DNA from: a virus
Taxonomy: Duplodnaviria > Caudoviricetes
Reading direction: 5' to 3' (one strand)
IMG/VR virus record: IMGVR_UViG_3300028603_000001
Location: 32,001 to 96,000 of that record
DNA: 64,000 nt
Part shown: in pieces, positions 9,459-19,063 of the stretch
Layout: each line of letters opens with the position of its first letter
Numbering within the stretch: position 1 is the stretch's first letter
Notes under the pieces: generated by a model
What the model was told of the DNA's origin: nothing
Databases searched by the model: none
The model's input: only the letters and a program-made list of their open reading frames with translations
Made by a program: the position numbers and the translations under genes

Positions 9459-10285
9459 TATTTTCGGTCTTTTTCAGATCTTTCTTGTTGAGCTACAGGA
9501 TTCTTATTGCTTCCTTTTTTAATTCTACCTCTAACTTTACCTAAAGCGTTTGATAAATTAATCAAAGACTCATCTGACTCTAATTTGTTTTTTACGGTTC
9601 CTTTTTCATCATAGTCAAATATACTTAGTTGAACTGCTTTATCATAAGTCATTCCATATATTTTAGGGAATATGAATCTACTGTAATTAAATTCCATATG
9701 ATCTTTGCAATAGTTGATATAGTTATTTATTACAGAAGATATTTTTTTTATCCATTCTGCGTTATTTAAAACGTTTAGTATATGCTTACAAGCTGCTCCT
9801 AAATTATCATGAGGGTTAGTTATCTTAGCTTCTCTTTTTTCTTCTTTACCTGTGTTATAATTATTTTTTGTTGCCCATACTTTAAATCTAAATTTAAAAT
9901 CAGGGCAAGAACAATCTACTTTTACATCACTGCTATTTAAAGCTTCAACTAAAGAATCATATATTATTTTCAAAGAAAGTTTATTTTTATTTTCAATTAT
10001 TCTTTTCTTTATTCTATCAAGGACTTTTGTGAATTCCACGGTTACGTTATAATTGTCTGTTTCACCTTTTATATTTATTCCGAAATTAAGAATATCTTTT
10101 TTCCAAAAAGTGTTCATATCTATCTTATTATATTCTTTTACAGTATTTGCTATGTAAACTTGTTTTTTAGCATCCCATCTATTACCTTTTTTGCTTTTAT
10201 ATTTTTCACCCTTTCTGGATTTCAAAAGCAAATCTCTTCTGGTTGCTTCACTTAAACTATATCTAACAACTCTATTTTTTTCCAT
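9458..10285 (-). CDS. SWIM-type zinc finger protein
   Basis: CSCPDF...ACKHI; basic protein; N-terminal SLSEA motif. Confidence 0.75.
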   Translation of the reverse strand: MEKNRVVRYSLSEATRRDLLLKSRKGEKYKSKKGNRWDAKKQVYIANTVKEYNKIDMNTFWKKDILNFGINIKGETDNYNVTVEFTKVLDRIKKRIIENKNKLSLKIIYDSLVEALNSSDVKVDCSCPDFKFRFKVWATKNNYNTGKEEKREAKITNPHDNLGAACKHILNVLNNAEWIKKISSVINNYINYCKDHMEFNYSRFIFPKIYGMTYDKAVQLSIFDYDEKGTVKNKLESDESLINLSNALGKVRGRIKKGSNKNPVAQQERSEKDRK

Positions 10286-10327
10286 ACATCTAATCCTTAA
10301 ATACCTTTTAATTTTTGTTTATCATAT

Positions 10328-10336
10328 AATTTAGCA
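10328..10336 (-). promoter_or_regulatory. Putative late promoter TGCTAAATT
   Basis: TGCTAAATTATATGA upstream of ATG 10285. Confidence 0.7.
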
Positions 10337-10369
10337 GCAGATAAAAAAGGATGATATTAAAATCACCCA

Positions 10370-10855
10370 TTATTTTTCAACTTTTTTTGTTTTTTTACTT
10401 TTGCGATATTCTTCTTCAGATGGTAAAGATTCCATTTCTTGTTTCCATTGATCTACATAAGCTTTAAAATGATTTCCACCCATTAATTTATATGTATTAT
10501 ATAACTCTTTCCAATTAGCTTTATCTGAGGACGATGCCCATTTCTGTTTTCGACAAAAGTTCAGAGATGTTTTCATTCTATCTCGAAGAAGAGTTAATGT
10601 TCCAGTTGATGTCACAGATGTTTGAGCTTCTATTTGCTCAATTTTAGTGATCAAAGGCTGTATTTCTTCTCGAAGGACTTCTCTTGTTTCTTCTTGCTTT
10701 TCTTCTTTTGCTCGTCTTTTTGCTTCTTCTGTGTTCTCTTTTCTTTTAGCTCGCTTATCTTCCCAGAAATACTTCATTACTGCGCCAAAACCAAATAATG
10801 ATAAAAATGATATTATAATGGTTGCTATATTATACCAAGTATTTATATTTTCCAT
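10370..10855 (-). CDS. Single-TM membrane protein, holin-like
   Basis: N-terminal hydrophobic helix, coiled coil, Y..Y...GGN C-terminal motif seen in Firmicutes phage holin-like proteins. Confidence 0.55.
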   Translation of the reverse strand: MENINTWYNIATIIISFLSLFGFGAVMKYFWEDKRAKRKENTEEAKRRAKEEKQEETREVLREEIQPLITKIEQIEAQTSVTSTGTLTLLRDRMKTSLNFCRKQKWASSSDKANWKELYNTYKLMGGNHFKAYVDQWKQEMESLPSEEEYRKSKKTKKVEK

Positions 10856-10945
10856 TTCTTCTTCTCCATTCTAATAAACTTTAATGTGAAAGTTACAGAT
10901 ATTTACTTAAAAATTTATGTATCTTTAAACTTCTTTATTCATTAA

Positions 10946-10954
10946 AATTTAGCA
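10946..10954 (-). promoter_or_regulatory. Putative late promoter TGCTAAATT
   Basis: Intergenic motif upstream of ATG 10855. Confidence 0.65.
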
Positions 10955-10957
10955 CAA

Positions 10958-11827
10958 TCATTTTAAACTTAATTCATTAGTTTTAAGTTTTAAGCGCAAA
11001 TTTTTTAATTTTTCTAAATATTTTAAACGGCGTATTTCTTTAAATACCAGATTATTAAAACCGAACTCACCTTCATTTTTTATAGATGTAATTCTTATAT
11101 CATATAAATCATCTATATATTTATCTACATTTTCTATCGAAGGGTTTTTTATGACGTCAAGATACCTTGCTTCCCATTCAGCTACAGCTTCTTCGAATTT
11201 ATCTTCATCTATATCAGGAAAAACAATTTCTGAAGGATCTTTTATCCATCCTTTATTTAAACTATATACTCCAGTTGATATGTTAGTCATATTGTTGATA
11301 TTTTCAACATATATTTCAACATCTATCCCATTAATTTCTATTCTATATTTATTATTAAAAAGTGTTTTGTATGCGTTATATATTATCTGCAAATGCTTGT
11401 CGCTGCAATCAAAAGAATCATTAGCTATTATATGTATGTCTAAATCACTTTCTTCAGTGTAATTATAATTTGCATTTGAGCCTAAAATATATATGTCGTC
11501 AATTTCAAGTTTAACTCCATCTTCCATTAGTTGATTTTTAAATTCATCAACAATTTCATATATTTTTTCTTCCACATCTTCTAATAAATTATTATCTTGG
11601 TCCCAAATTTTCGGATTTAATGTTTTATGTATCTCAAGTTTCTCTTCAAAAGCATCTTCTCGTAATATACCGCTTGTATAGTAACCTTTTAAAGCTTTTT
11701 CTATTTTCGCTGTATTCAAATCTTTTGCAGCTTCAAACAACCTATATGAAGGTTTTAATCCACCAATAAATGCCCATTTATCGAAATTAAATTTATTACG
11801 TACGCTCATATTAAATCTCACATTCAT
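10958..11827 (-). CDS. Pol-beta superfamily nucleotidyltransferase (start may be 11809)
   Basis: hGS motif LGSNANYNY, catalytic DLD, third acid in VEIY. Confidence 0.85.
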   Translation of the reverse strand: MNVRFNMSVRNKFNFDKWAFIGGLKPSYRLFEAAKDLNTAKIEKALKGYYTSGILREDAFEEKLEIHKTLNPKIWDQDNNLLEDVEEKIYEIVDEFKNQLMEDGVKLEIDDIYILGSNANYNYTEESDLDIHIIANDSFDCSDKHLQIIYNAYKTLFNNKYRIEINGIDVEIYVENINNMTNISTGVYSLNKGWIKDPSEIVFPDIDEDKFEEAVAEWEARYLDVIKNPSIENVDKYIDDLYDIRITSIKNEGEFGFNNLVFKEIRRLKYLEKLKNLRLKLKTNELSLK

Positions 11828-12968
11828 TTAGGTGATTAGCTAGCAAATCACAATAAATTATTTCACCAGCATATTTTGAATACTTCTCAACGTTTTCTTT
11901 AGAAAACCAATCACACCAATCTTTATATGAATTAAATTTTTTACCTGTATGTAATGATAATGGAATTATTACACATATTTCAATAAATGGCTGTAACGCG
12001 TAAATCAAATCATCAAGATTATTTGCTTTAATTATATTATTATCGCTGTATAAATCTTTAGCTGTTAAGATTCCGTTGTTATCTCTGGTTACTTCGAAAC
12101 CTATAGTATCAAAAACTTCATATAACATCTTAGTGTAGTTTTTAGGGTTTAGATTTTCGCCCATACCACCACCAGATGCTTCACCTGATCCAGCAGATGC
12201 TCCAGTTGATATCAAACCGCTATCTGATGTAGAATTTATAATAGATGATGTCCCATCAGGGTTACCCATTGCTGAATCAAAGAAGGAATGTTCTTTTTCT
12301 ATATTACCAATAAAATGGAAACCCATTCCCATAGCACCTTTTTTATTTGATTTAGCATGCTTTTTCTGAAGATCTCGTAATTGATTCTGCAAACTACCTT
12401 CTTGATCTTTTCTTTTTTTCTTAGTCTCAACTAATTCTTTTTCTTCATTATCAAGTTCTTCAGCATATTTTTTAGTTAATTGTTTCCAGAAATCGTCTTC
12501 TAAGTTGGTTACAGTTACTTTTTTTGAATTAAACATACTGGTACTTTCTTCATCTAAGATTAAGCCTTTATCAGCAGTATCATCTTGATCATTGATGTCT
12601 TCATCATCACTAAATAAAGATTTATTTTTTACTATTGTTGAAAAAGATTCATCATCATCTTCTGTATCATCACCATATTTGCATTCCATATCAATCTCAT
12701 TGTAACCACTAACTGTTTCAGAATTAATTACAGGACTATTGTTATCAGCAGCATTCATAATAGTTACTGGTTTATTTGATGGGTGCTTTTTAATATTAAT
12801 ATCTAAATCATCTTCATCATTAAAATTAATTATTATACCAGTTTTAACTGGAGACCTATTATCCTCAATATTTTCGGATATACTTCCAAAAGATGTATCA
12901 TCATCTTCTTCATGACCAGAAAATGACATATCTATTTGATTAATATTTTCAAGATTTTTCTCGTTCAT
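11811..12968 (-). CDS. Highly acidic hypothetical protein, probable head internal or scaffold-like protein
   Basis: ATG 12968 has AAGGAG RBS; D/E-rich, Gly/Ser linker, several (L/I)xE motifs. Confidence 0.7.
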   Translation of the reverse strand: MNEKNLENINQIDMSFSGHEEDDDTSFGSISENIEDNRSPVKTGIIINFNDEDDLDINIKKHPSNKPVTIMNAADNNSPVINSETVSGYNEIDMECKYGDDTEDDDESFSTIVKNKSLFSDDEDINDQDDTADKGLILDEESTSMFNSKKVTVTNLEDDFWKQLTKKYAEELDNEEKELVETKKKRKDQEGSLQNQLRDLQKKHAKSNKKGAMGMGFHFIGNIEKEHSFFDSAMGNPDGTSSIINSTSDSGLISTGASAGSGEASGGGMGENLNPKNYTKMLYEVFDTIGFEVTRDNNGILTAKDLYSDNNIIKANNLDDLIYALQPFIEICVIIPLSLHTGKKFNSYKDWCDWFSKENVEKYSKYAGEIIYCDLLANHLNECEI

Positions 12969-12969
12969 C

Positions 12970-13968
12970 TTATTTCTCCTTCTTGGTTTTAGGTGCTCCA
13001 CCTATAATATAACCTTCTTCTAATAATTTAGCAAATAAGTCGTTATCTTCTTTATGAATGTATCTAGTTTTATTTTCGCCTGGTTTATGCAAAGCTATTC
13101 TGCCTTTATTGGCTGCGCTTACTTTTTGTATTGTTTCTTGGGAGCGAATATACTTTTTCGTCATTCCTTTATAATACCCTATTTCTAACCATCTTTGAAG
13201 GTCTTTTTCGTAAATAGATTTATTATTAATACCATCTGTAATCCTAATACGACCTTTATGCGCTAAACCGTTTTTTAACCTTGCCTCTTCTGATCTATGA
13301 GTCCCTTTAAGTTTTGTACCTTTATACCAACCATTATTAATGTAATTATTTAACTCTGATTCACTGATAAATTTCTGTTCTAAAGTATCTTTATTAGTCA
13401 CTGCAATTTTTCCTAATCGATTAGCGCTTATAGCAGCACACCACTTTTCATCATGAATTTTTTTACCTTTATTATTAGTATTACCTAATTTTGATAATCT
13501 TATCTTTTCCCGCACTTCGGGTCTTTTAGCTGGATTTAAATCACCAACTAATTTTCCTTTTGTTATGCTTGAGTGATATGCGAACTGTTCTTCTTTTAAT
13601 GCTTGATACGAATCTAAATTTTCTATAAATTGATCTATATTTTCTTGATTCATTTTTTTATTAAATCCAATTATATGTTGAATTGCACTTATGCTGCTAT
13701 ATCGTAAATAATCATCTTTTGTGCACATTGCTATATAATAATGAGCTAATGCATGATCTCTATGTGAAAGATTTATTACACCACTTTTTGAATTATCTAC
13801 TTTTATACCTAGTTTTTTACAAAAAGATTTTGGAATAATATGATGACTAGCGGTTTTAAATTTTATTTTTTCGGTATCTCTATTTGTTTCTAACAAATAA
13901 ACGTATTTTTGAAAAAATTCGTTATTTTCAAATATGTTAAGCTTTAATAATTTAGATTGAATATCCAT
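12970..13968 (-). CDS. Free-standing HNH homing endonuclease with NUMOD3-like repeats
   Basis: HHIIPKS...NLSHRDHALAH; repeated H(S/T)EE(T/A)R.K.S and ITDG...GY.KG units. Confidence 0.85.
   Translation of the reverse strand: MDIQSKLLKLNIFENNEFFQKYVYLLETNRDTEKIKFKTASHHIIPKSFCKKLGIKVDNSKSGVINLSHRDHALAHYYIAMCTKDDYLRYSSISAIQHIIGFNKKMNQENIDQFIENLDSYQALKEEQFAYHSSITKGKLVGDLNPAKRPEVREKIRLSKLGNTNNKGKKIHDEKWCAAISANRLGKIAVTNKDTLEQKFISESELNNYINNGWYKGTKLKGTHRSEEARLKNGLAHKGRIRITDGINNKSIYEKDLQRWLEIGYYKGMTKKYIRSQETIQKVSAANKGRIALHKPGENKTRYIHKEDNDLFAKLLEEGYIIGGAPKTKKEK
13025..13033 (-). promoter_or_regulatory. Putative late promoter inside the 3' end of the HNH gene
   Basis: TGCTAAATT ~57 nt upstream of ATG 12968. 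Confidence 0.55.
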
Positions 13969-13990
13969 AATAAAATCTCCTCTTCTATAT

Positions 13991-13999
13991 AATTTAGCA
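13991..13999 (-). promoter_or_regulatory. Putative late promoter TGCTAAATT
   Basis: Directly upstream of the HNH RBS. Confidence 0.7.
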
Positions 14000-14037
14000 G
14001 AGGAGTTTTGATAGTATTTGGGTAAAAATGTGTACGG

Positions 14038-14787
14038 TTAATCCAAAGGAAAAAACATTGAAGAATTAAGGCGCAATATTTCTCTTAATTCTTTAATCTC
14101 TTCATTTCCTTCAGCAAGCATTGTTTCACCATCTTGCATCCATAAAGCGTTACTTTGTGTAAATCTTGTTCTGATTCTTCCTAATATTCTTTTTGTGTAA
14201 GCTAGAGATAATCTTTTAGCTATATCTAACCAATACTCATCTGTAATTTGTTCAATTTTTTTTATTGCTGGTATAAATTCAATTGTTATGTTATCTGGAT
14301 TTTCATATGTGCTATTAATATATAATTTTCTACCTATTTTGTCTTCTTTAAAAGCTAAATCTGTGCTTATATTATTTCTAATTTGCTGTAAAGTTGAGTA
14401 TGACATATAATTAAGAAGATAATTTTCTAGATTATGGTTCATTCCTCCACTTGAAAAAGCTAACCATTGCTGTGCATACATAGGATCTATATTGCTCGCT
14501 TGATTGCCTATAGCATTTCCAGTAAAACCTCTGATTCGATATAATTTAACAATAGAAACAGGTTCAAGCTTATATGGATTATGATCAGAATCAATTAATG
14601 TATCGAAACTGATACAATTTGAAAATGGAACTGTAACAAATATAGATTGATCATAATATCTACATATTTCAGTTATTGTTGCATCTATAATACTTCCTAT
14701 ATTATCATCTGAAAGTTCAAGCTCTAATATATTTCCACCTAAATCTAATTTGATAAAATTTATACAATCTTCTTTGGTCATTATCAT
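14038..14787 (-). CDS. Neck / head completion protein (T4 gp13-like)
   Basis: N-terminal IKLDLG...ELEL; C-terminal DGETMLAEGNEEIKELRE resembles the gp13 family. Confidence 0.75.
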   Translation of the reverse strand: MIMTKEDCINFIKLDLGGNILELELSDDNIGSIIDATITEICRYYDQSIFVTVPFSNCISFDTLIDSDHNPYKLEPVSIVKLYRIRGFTGNAIGNQASNIDPMYAQQWLAFSSGGMNHNLENYLLNYMSYSTLQQIRNNISTDLAFKEDKIGRKLYINSTYENPDNITIEFIPAIKKIEQITDEYWLDIAKRLSLAYTKRILGRIRTRFTQSNALWMQDGETMLAEGNEEIKELREILRLNSSMFFPLD

Positions 14788-14789
14788 AA

Positions 14790-15317
14790 TTATTCCTCCT
14801 TGCCAGTTAAATCAATAACTTCTGCTTTTCCCAGTAAGTGGCTTCCATATTCATCGTAAACTGTTTTGGTTGCGCATCTTGGTGCAGCTATAACTATTTT
14901 TTCAAAAGTATTTGCTAATATTGAATATATATTATACCCTAATATTTTGGCATCATATATTATCTCTTCAACTGGAATATTTTCAATTGATGCTATTTTA
15001 TCAACAAAAAACCATGAATCAATTTTTTCACCATCTAAATCTTCTAGATAAACATAATTTTTAATATAATCATCTATCTTTTTAGCTGGTTCTTTTTCTT
15101 CATGTAGCATTTCACTTGTACTTGCTAACTCTAAATTATCTTTATTAACTATCTGAATAACTGGTTTATTATCATCAAATAAAATTTTAACTACATAATA
15201 TACTGTTTCTTCAGATATCTTATCGTTATCAAAATCAGCTAAAATTATACCTTCTTTATTATTCCAAATATCATCTGTATTAGATAATATAACTCTATCA
15301 TTTTTTTTAAATGCCAT
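14790..15317 (-). CDS. Hypothetical protein with SH3/KOW-like N-terminus
   Basis: 175-aa ORF, RBS AGGAG. Confidence 0.7.
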   Translation of the reverse strand: MAFKKNDRVILSNTDDIWNNKEGIILADFDNDKISEETVYYVVKILFDDNKPVIQIVNKDNLELASTSEMLHEEKEPAKKIDDYIKNYVYLEDLDGEKIDSWFFVDKIASIENIPVEEIIYDAKILGYNIYSILANTFEKIVIAAPRCATKTVYDEYGSHLLGKAEVIDLTGKEE

Positions 15318-15356
15318 AATGTTCTCCTATTTATCAATATATCTAATTATCTAAAT

Positions 15357-15365
15357 AATTTAGCA
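15357..15365 (-). promoter_or_regulatory. Putative late promoter TGCTAAATT
   Basis: Upstream of ATG 15317. Confidence 0.7.
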
Positions 15366-15384
15366 ATTATTTTAAAGATATTAA

Positions 15385-15410
15385 AAGCAGATTGAAAAAT
15401 CAATCTGCTT
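15385..15410 (-). terminator. Intrinsic terminator
   Basis: AAGCAGATTG/CAATCTGCTT stem with a T-run on the minus strand. Confidence 0.65.
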
Positions 15411-15450
15411 AATAATAAATATATCTGTTACTTTTTTAATACAAAGTATA

Positions 15451-15608
15451 ATACAATTTTTTTTATCAGAATAATCATACTATAAGATTTTTTTAGCGAA
15501 AAAACATAATTTTATCGAGTTTTACCTCGAAGAGTAAAACTCCTAATAACCTTTCGTTATTTTTAAATATATCAATATATTTATACAATTTTTTTTATCA
15601 AAATAATC
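15451..15608. repeat. 26-nt direct repeat pair flanking two hairpins
   Basis: ATACAATTTTTTTTATCA(G/A)AATAATC at 15451-15476 and 15583-15608, 25/26 identical. Confidence 0.85.
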
Positions 15609-15609
15609 T

Positions 15610-16128
15610 TCATCTGTTATTGAAAATATTATAAGCAACAGCTAATCTTTGTTTTTGATTAGGAAATTCTTTGATTGTTCTTTCATTAGAAACAAATCTA
15701 GAAACAAATTCTTGTTCTGTCTCATCTTTTTTCGGTTTAATTAAAGCTTCAGCTAATTCAGGGTCACTTAAAATCTGTTCAACTTTATCTTCACCTATAT
15801 CAAGAAGTTGTAATCTTCGTTTATTCATCATACTAGCTACTTTTTGTAAAACACCTATATTTATAGTAGCATCATCAACAACAACATTTAGAATTTCAAT
15901 AATGTCATCTTTTAATTCATCTTCATAATTAACTGCTAAAGTAGCTATTACAGATTTAGCATCAGATATAAAATCCCAAGACTTTTGAATTAAAATATTT
16001 ATAGTTTCTTCAGAAGCTATTTTAACTGTTTCTTCATCTATCTCTGGTGCGTCTTCTACTTGTTGATTTTGTTCAGTATTCGGTATTGGTGTAACTTTTG
16101 TTTGGTCTTCATTTATTAGTTTAAGCAT
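15610..16128 (-). CDS. Hypothetical protein, probable head-packaged protein
   Basis: MLKLINED start; C-terminal KPKKDET..EFVSRF...KEFP.QKQRLAVAY module recurrent in phage proteins. Confidence 0.7.
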   Translation of the reverse strand: MLKLINEDQTKVTPIPNTEQNQQVEDAPEIDEETVKIASEETINILIQKSWDFISDAKSVIATLAVNYEDELKDDIIEILNVVVDDATINIGVLQKVASMMNKRRLQLLDIGEDKVEQILSDPELAEALIKPKKDETEQEFVSRFVSNERTIKEFPNQKQRLAVAYNIFNNR

Positions 16129-16142
16129 ATTTAAAACCTCAA

Positions 16143-16487
16143 TTATTTCTTATTTATATCATTTACAAACTTTATTGTTTGATCGATATAAGCACTTAAT
16201 TCATCAATAAATGTTGATATATCTAAATTAGCAGCATCGCAACCAGCTTTGATTGAAGCAATAACCATTTCTTTCTTTTCAACACCATTTTTACCACTTC
16301 TTTCAGCTTCTTTCATAGCAGCATCAGCCATAGACATCACTAATGCCCAAATTTCATTTTTATTTTTTTCTTTCAATACTTTGATGAAGTTTTTTATAGC
16401 AAAGAAAGCACCTATACCAGTTCCAACAAGTCCAATTAACCCAGTAATTAAAGCTATTAGACTCTCAAATGTTGTAATCCATTCCAT
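16143..16487 (-). CDS. Holin (LL-H-like)
   Basis: N-terminal TM helix followed by AMKEAE...GVEKK. Confidence 0.65.
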   Translation of the reverse strand: MEWITTFESLIALITGLIGLVGTGIGAFFAIKNFIKVLKEKNKNEIWALVMSMADAAMKEAERSGKNGVEKKEMVIASIKAGCDAANLDISTFIDELSAYIDQTIKFVNDINKK

Positions 16488-16527
16488 TTCATATTCTCCT
16501 TGTTCGATTTGATTTTATATGTCATAT

Positions 16528-16536
16528 AATTTAGCA
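16528..16536 (-). promoter_or_regulatory. Putative late promoter TGCTAAATT
   Basis: TGCTAAATTATATGA upstream of the holin. Confidence 0.7.
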
Positions 16537-16600
16537 CATTTATAATAAAACCATTATAGTGTGTTATTAATTATCATTTTCTTGATCTATTTTCCGCTTC

Positions 16601-16867
16601 TTACAAATATTTTTTCAAAGCTGCAGGCAAAACTGGATAATCTTCATATGAAGTCAGTTCTGTTATTGTATCAGGGAAGTCTAACATCTCTTGATACCAA
16701 GTCATAACATCTTGATCATCTGTTTCCCTGCCTCTTAGTACTGCACGTTCCCAAATATCAAATGCTTTGAATTGTTGTTCTCTTAATATTCTAAAATAAA
16801 TGAACCTTCTTTCAAGCAATTCTTCCTTAGTTATTTTGTTTTGTAAATATAAATTCTTAAGCAACAT
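16601..16867 (-). CDS. Tail fibre assembly chaperone-like protein
   Basis: R..R....D...WYQ.MLDFP...P..P pattern; follows the fibre gene. Confidence 0.55.
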   Translation of the reverse strand: MLLKNLYLQNKITKEELLERRFIYFRILREQQFKAFDIWERAVLRGRETDDQDVMTWYQEMLDFPDTITELTSYEDYPVLPAALKKYL

Positions 16868-16870
16868 AAT

Positions 16871-18541
16871 CTACCTCGCATAAACTACAACATAATTTTT
16901 TGATGCACCACTAATGCTCCATTCAATGCTAATGGAGTTGGTGTTACAATTAATAATAGAAGAACCCACATGTCCTGGTAAAGTCATTCCATTTACTAAA
17001 CTAACAGGTCCATACACAACCTCTGTCATATCTGAATATTTTCCAGTTGATAAGTCGGTGTAAATTACCATATATTCACTAACGTTTTCTGGAGAAAATG
17101 ATAGTCCACCATCATTACGCGGAGCGCTACCAAGATATGTCCATTGTTTTATATCTGATATAAAAGCTACTTCTCCAGACTTACCTGCAGGAAAGAGTAT
17201 ACTGTCGTTTAATGGAGTTGTTATTTCCACATCTGAGCCAGTACTAGTTATAGCTACACCATTTATTTTAGCTGCTATGCTTCCACCTTGTTGTGCTTGA
17301 ATAATATCATATTCAGCGCTCCCATCACCTAATTTATACCAAGAATTTGTTCTATTGTTATTTAATTTTTTCTGAGCCCAAATGTATTCTTCATTAGGAG
17401 CGCTAGAAGCAACATCGGTAGGAAGATGTAACGTAGCTGATGTCCCTGAAAGTGGTTTTGGCATATATATTTGAGTTTTAGTTGTAGCGCTATTATCCAC
17501 TATAAACTCTACTGGATGGATAGTACCTGAAGTTGAACTTTCTATAGATATGTTTCCTAGTTTTATTTCCGAACTCTTGATAGTTATTCCTTTACTATTA
17601 CCTAAATCTATTTTTGAACCAATTGGAATAGTAACTTCGCCAGTCATATTTACCAGGTTTGTACCAGTTAGTAATCCACCAACGCCAATAGTGAGATCAC
17701 CATCAATATCAACATCTCCATCTATCTCTATAGGTTTTGTACCAGTTAGTAATCCACCGCTGCCAATAGTGAGATTACCATTAATATCAACATTTCCGTC
17801 AATATCAATAGTTTTATCATCTTCTGTTTTAATATTTTTATCAATTGTTATTATAACTCCTGCATTCTCAGCTGTTATAGTAGAAACTTTAAGTTGATCT
17901 GTTTGCACTGAGTCAGCTGTAATATCTCCGCTAGTTATAGAATTGCTCTGCACATTACCGGCAGATATTGTTTCTGATACAGATATGTTATCAGCGTTTA
18001 TTTCCTCTGCGAGTATTGCAGTTGTCGTTAATTCTTCTCTGATAGATCTATTTGTATTTTTATTTCTTATTTCATCACTAGTTAGTTTTAATTTTTGCTC
18101 TATTATCTCTCCATTTTCATCTCTAACCTTTAAGCCATAATACTTTACTATTAACTCACCGTTATCATATTCATCATCAGGAATAGTTGCATCAAAACCT
18201 AACCCAGTAAAATTATCAGATTCATCATCTAAAGCACTTGCAGGTATTGCAGATAATGTCCACCCCACTCCAACTTTTTCTAGTTTAATGTATGCAAATA
18301 AATTATTTCCTAGTGGTATACTTGTTTTTAAACACCTAAACCAATATCCGTGAATATTAAATATTACATAATCTGAATCATCTGGGTCGGTAAACATTTG
18401 TTCTAAATTCTCATCTGATGAACTTAAGCGATTAAATTTAATCAGATTTTCTTCAGTTGTTCTCTTTGCTTCTGCATCACCATTTCTAAACGCCGATGGA
18501 AACACTTTTATATCAGTTGTTCCAATATATTCTATTGCCAT
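16871..18541 (-). CDS. Tail fibre / receptor-binding protein
   Basis: Position after the baseplate; G/S/T-rich beta repeats; 26-aa tandem duplication. Confidence 0.7.
   Translation of the reverse strand: MAIEYIGTTDIKVFPSAFRNGDAEAKRTTEENLIKFNRLSSSDENLEQMFTDPDDSDYVIFNIHGYWFRCLKTSIPLGNNLFAYIKLEKVGVGWTLSAIPASALDDESDNFTGLGFDATIPDDEYDNGELIVKYYGLKVRDENGEIIEQKLKLTSDEIRNKNTNRSIREELTTTAILAEEINADNISVSETISAGNVQSNSITSGDITADSVQTDQLKVSTITAENAGVIITIDKNIKTEDDKTIDIDGNVDINGNLTIGSGGLLTGTKPIEIDGDVDIDGDLTIGVGGLLTGTNLVNMTGEVTIPIGSKIDLGNSKGITIKSSEIKLGNISIESSTSGTIHPVEFIVDNSATTKTQIYMPKPLSGTSATLHLPTDVASSAPNEEYIWAQKKLNNNRTNSWYKLGDGSAEYDIIQAQQGGSIAAKINGVAITSTGSDVEITTPLNDSILFPAGKSGEVAFISDIKQWTYLGSAPRNDGGLSFSPENVSEYMVIYTDLSTGKYSDMTEVVYGPVSLVNGMTLPGHVGSSIINCNTNSISIEWSISGASKNYVVVYAR
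17655..17810 (-). repeat. 78-nt tandem duplication in the fibre gene
   Basis: IDIDGNVDINGNLTIGSGGLLTGT / IEIDGDVDIDGDLTIGVGGLLTGT; TACCAGTTAGTAATCCACC at 17662 and 17740. Confidence 0.8.
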
Positions 18542-18562
18542 TTAAATTTTCTCCTTTTGTTG

Positions 18563-19063
18563 TTATTCTGAAACCGGATTCATAAATTTTAGATCCCAAT
18601 ATATCAGTAAAGATGCCGCGACATCCGTGTCTATTCTATCAGTTCCTTCTAAATCTAATGTCGCACAGATATCCTCAGATTCATTTTTTAATTGTAATTG
18701 GGTTATCTGCTTATCAGGAATTAAAGAGCTAACTGGTACAACAAATACGTATCTAATAATGTTATTTTCTGATCCAGAACTTATCGCACTATCATTAAAA
18801 TACATAATATCTTGAACAGCTGCTTTATAATAGAAACAAGGTGATTCAGGATCTCCAGTAGCATCAACGCCCATCAAATATTTAGGCATGTATTTTTTAG
18901 CATCATCGAATCTTCCACCTAAAGCTTGTGTTATGGCAGTAAAAAGTGCTATCTTTCCTTCATTGTGCTTCTTTATTTGTTTAGTTTTTTTCCCATATTT
19001 ATATTGAATATAAACTTCTCCATTATAGAAAACAGCGTCATTAGTTTTTATATTTTTTTTCAT
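18563..19063 (-). CDS. Baseplate or fibre-attachment protein (putative)
   Basis: Context; C-terminal LLIYWDL typical of tail-collar-like domains. Confidence 0.5.
   Translation of the reverse strand: MKKNIKTNDAVFYNGEVYIQYKYGKKTKQIKKHNEGKIALFTAITQALGGRFDDAKKYMPKYLMGVDATGDPESPCFYYKAAVQDIMYFNDSAISSGSENNIIRYVFVVPVSSLIPDKQITQLQLKNESEDICATLDLEGTDRIDTDVAASLLIYWDLKFMNPVSE

Noticed and set aside
17655-17810. Fibre duplication as a DGR template/variable repeat
   Set aside because: In-frame adjacent tandem repeat; no reverse transcriptase in the window and no separate template copy seen
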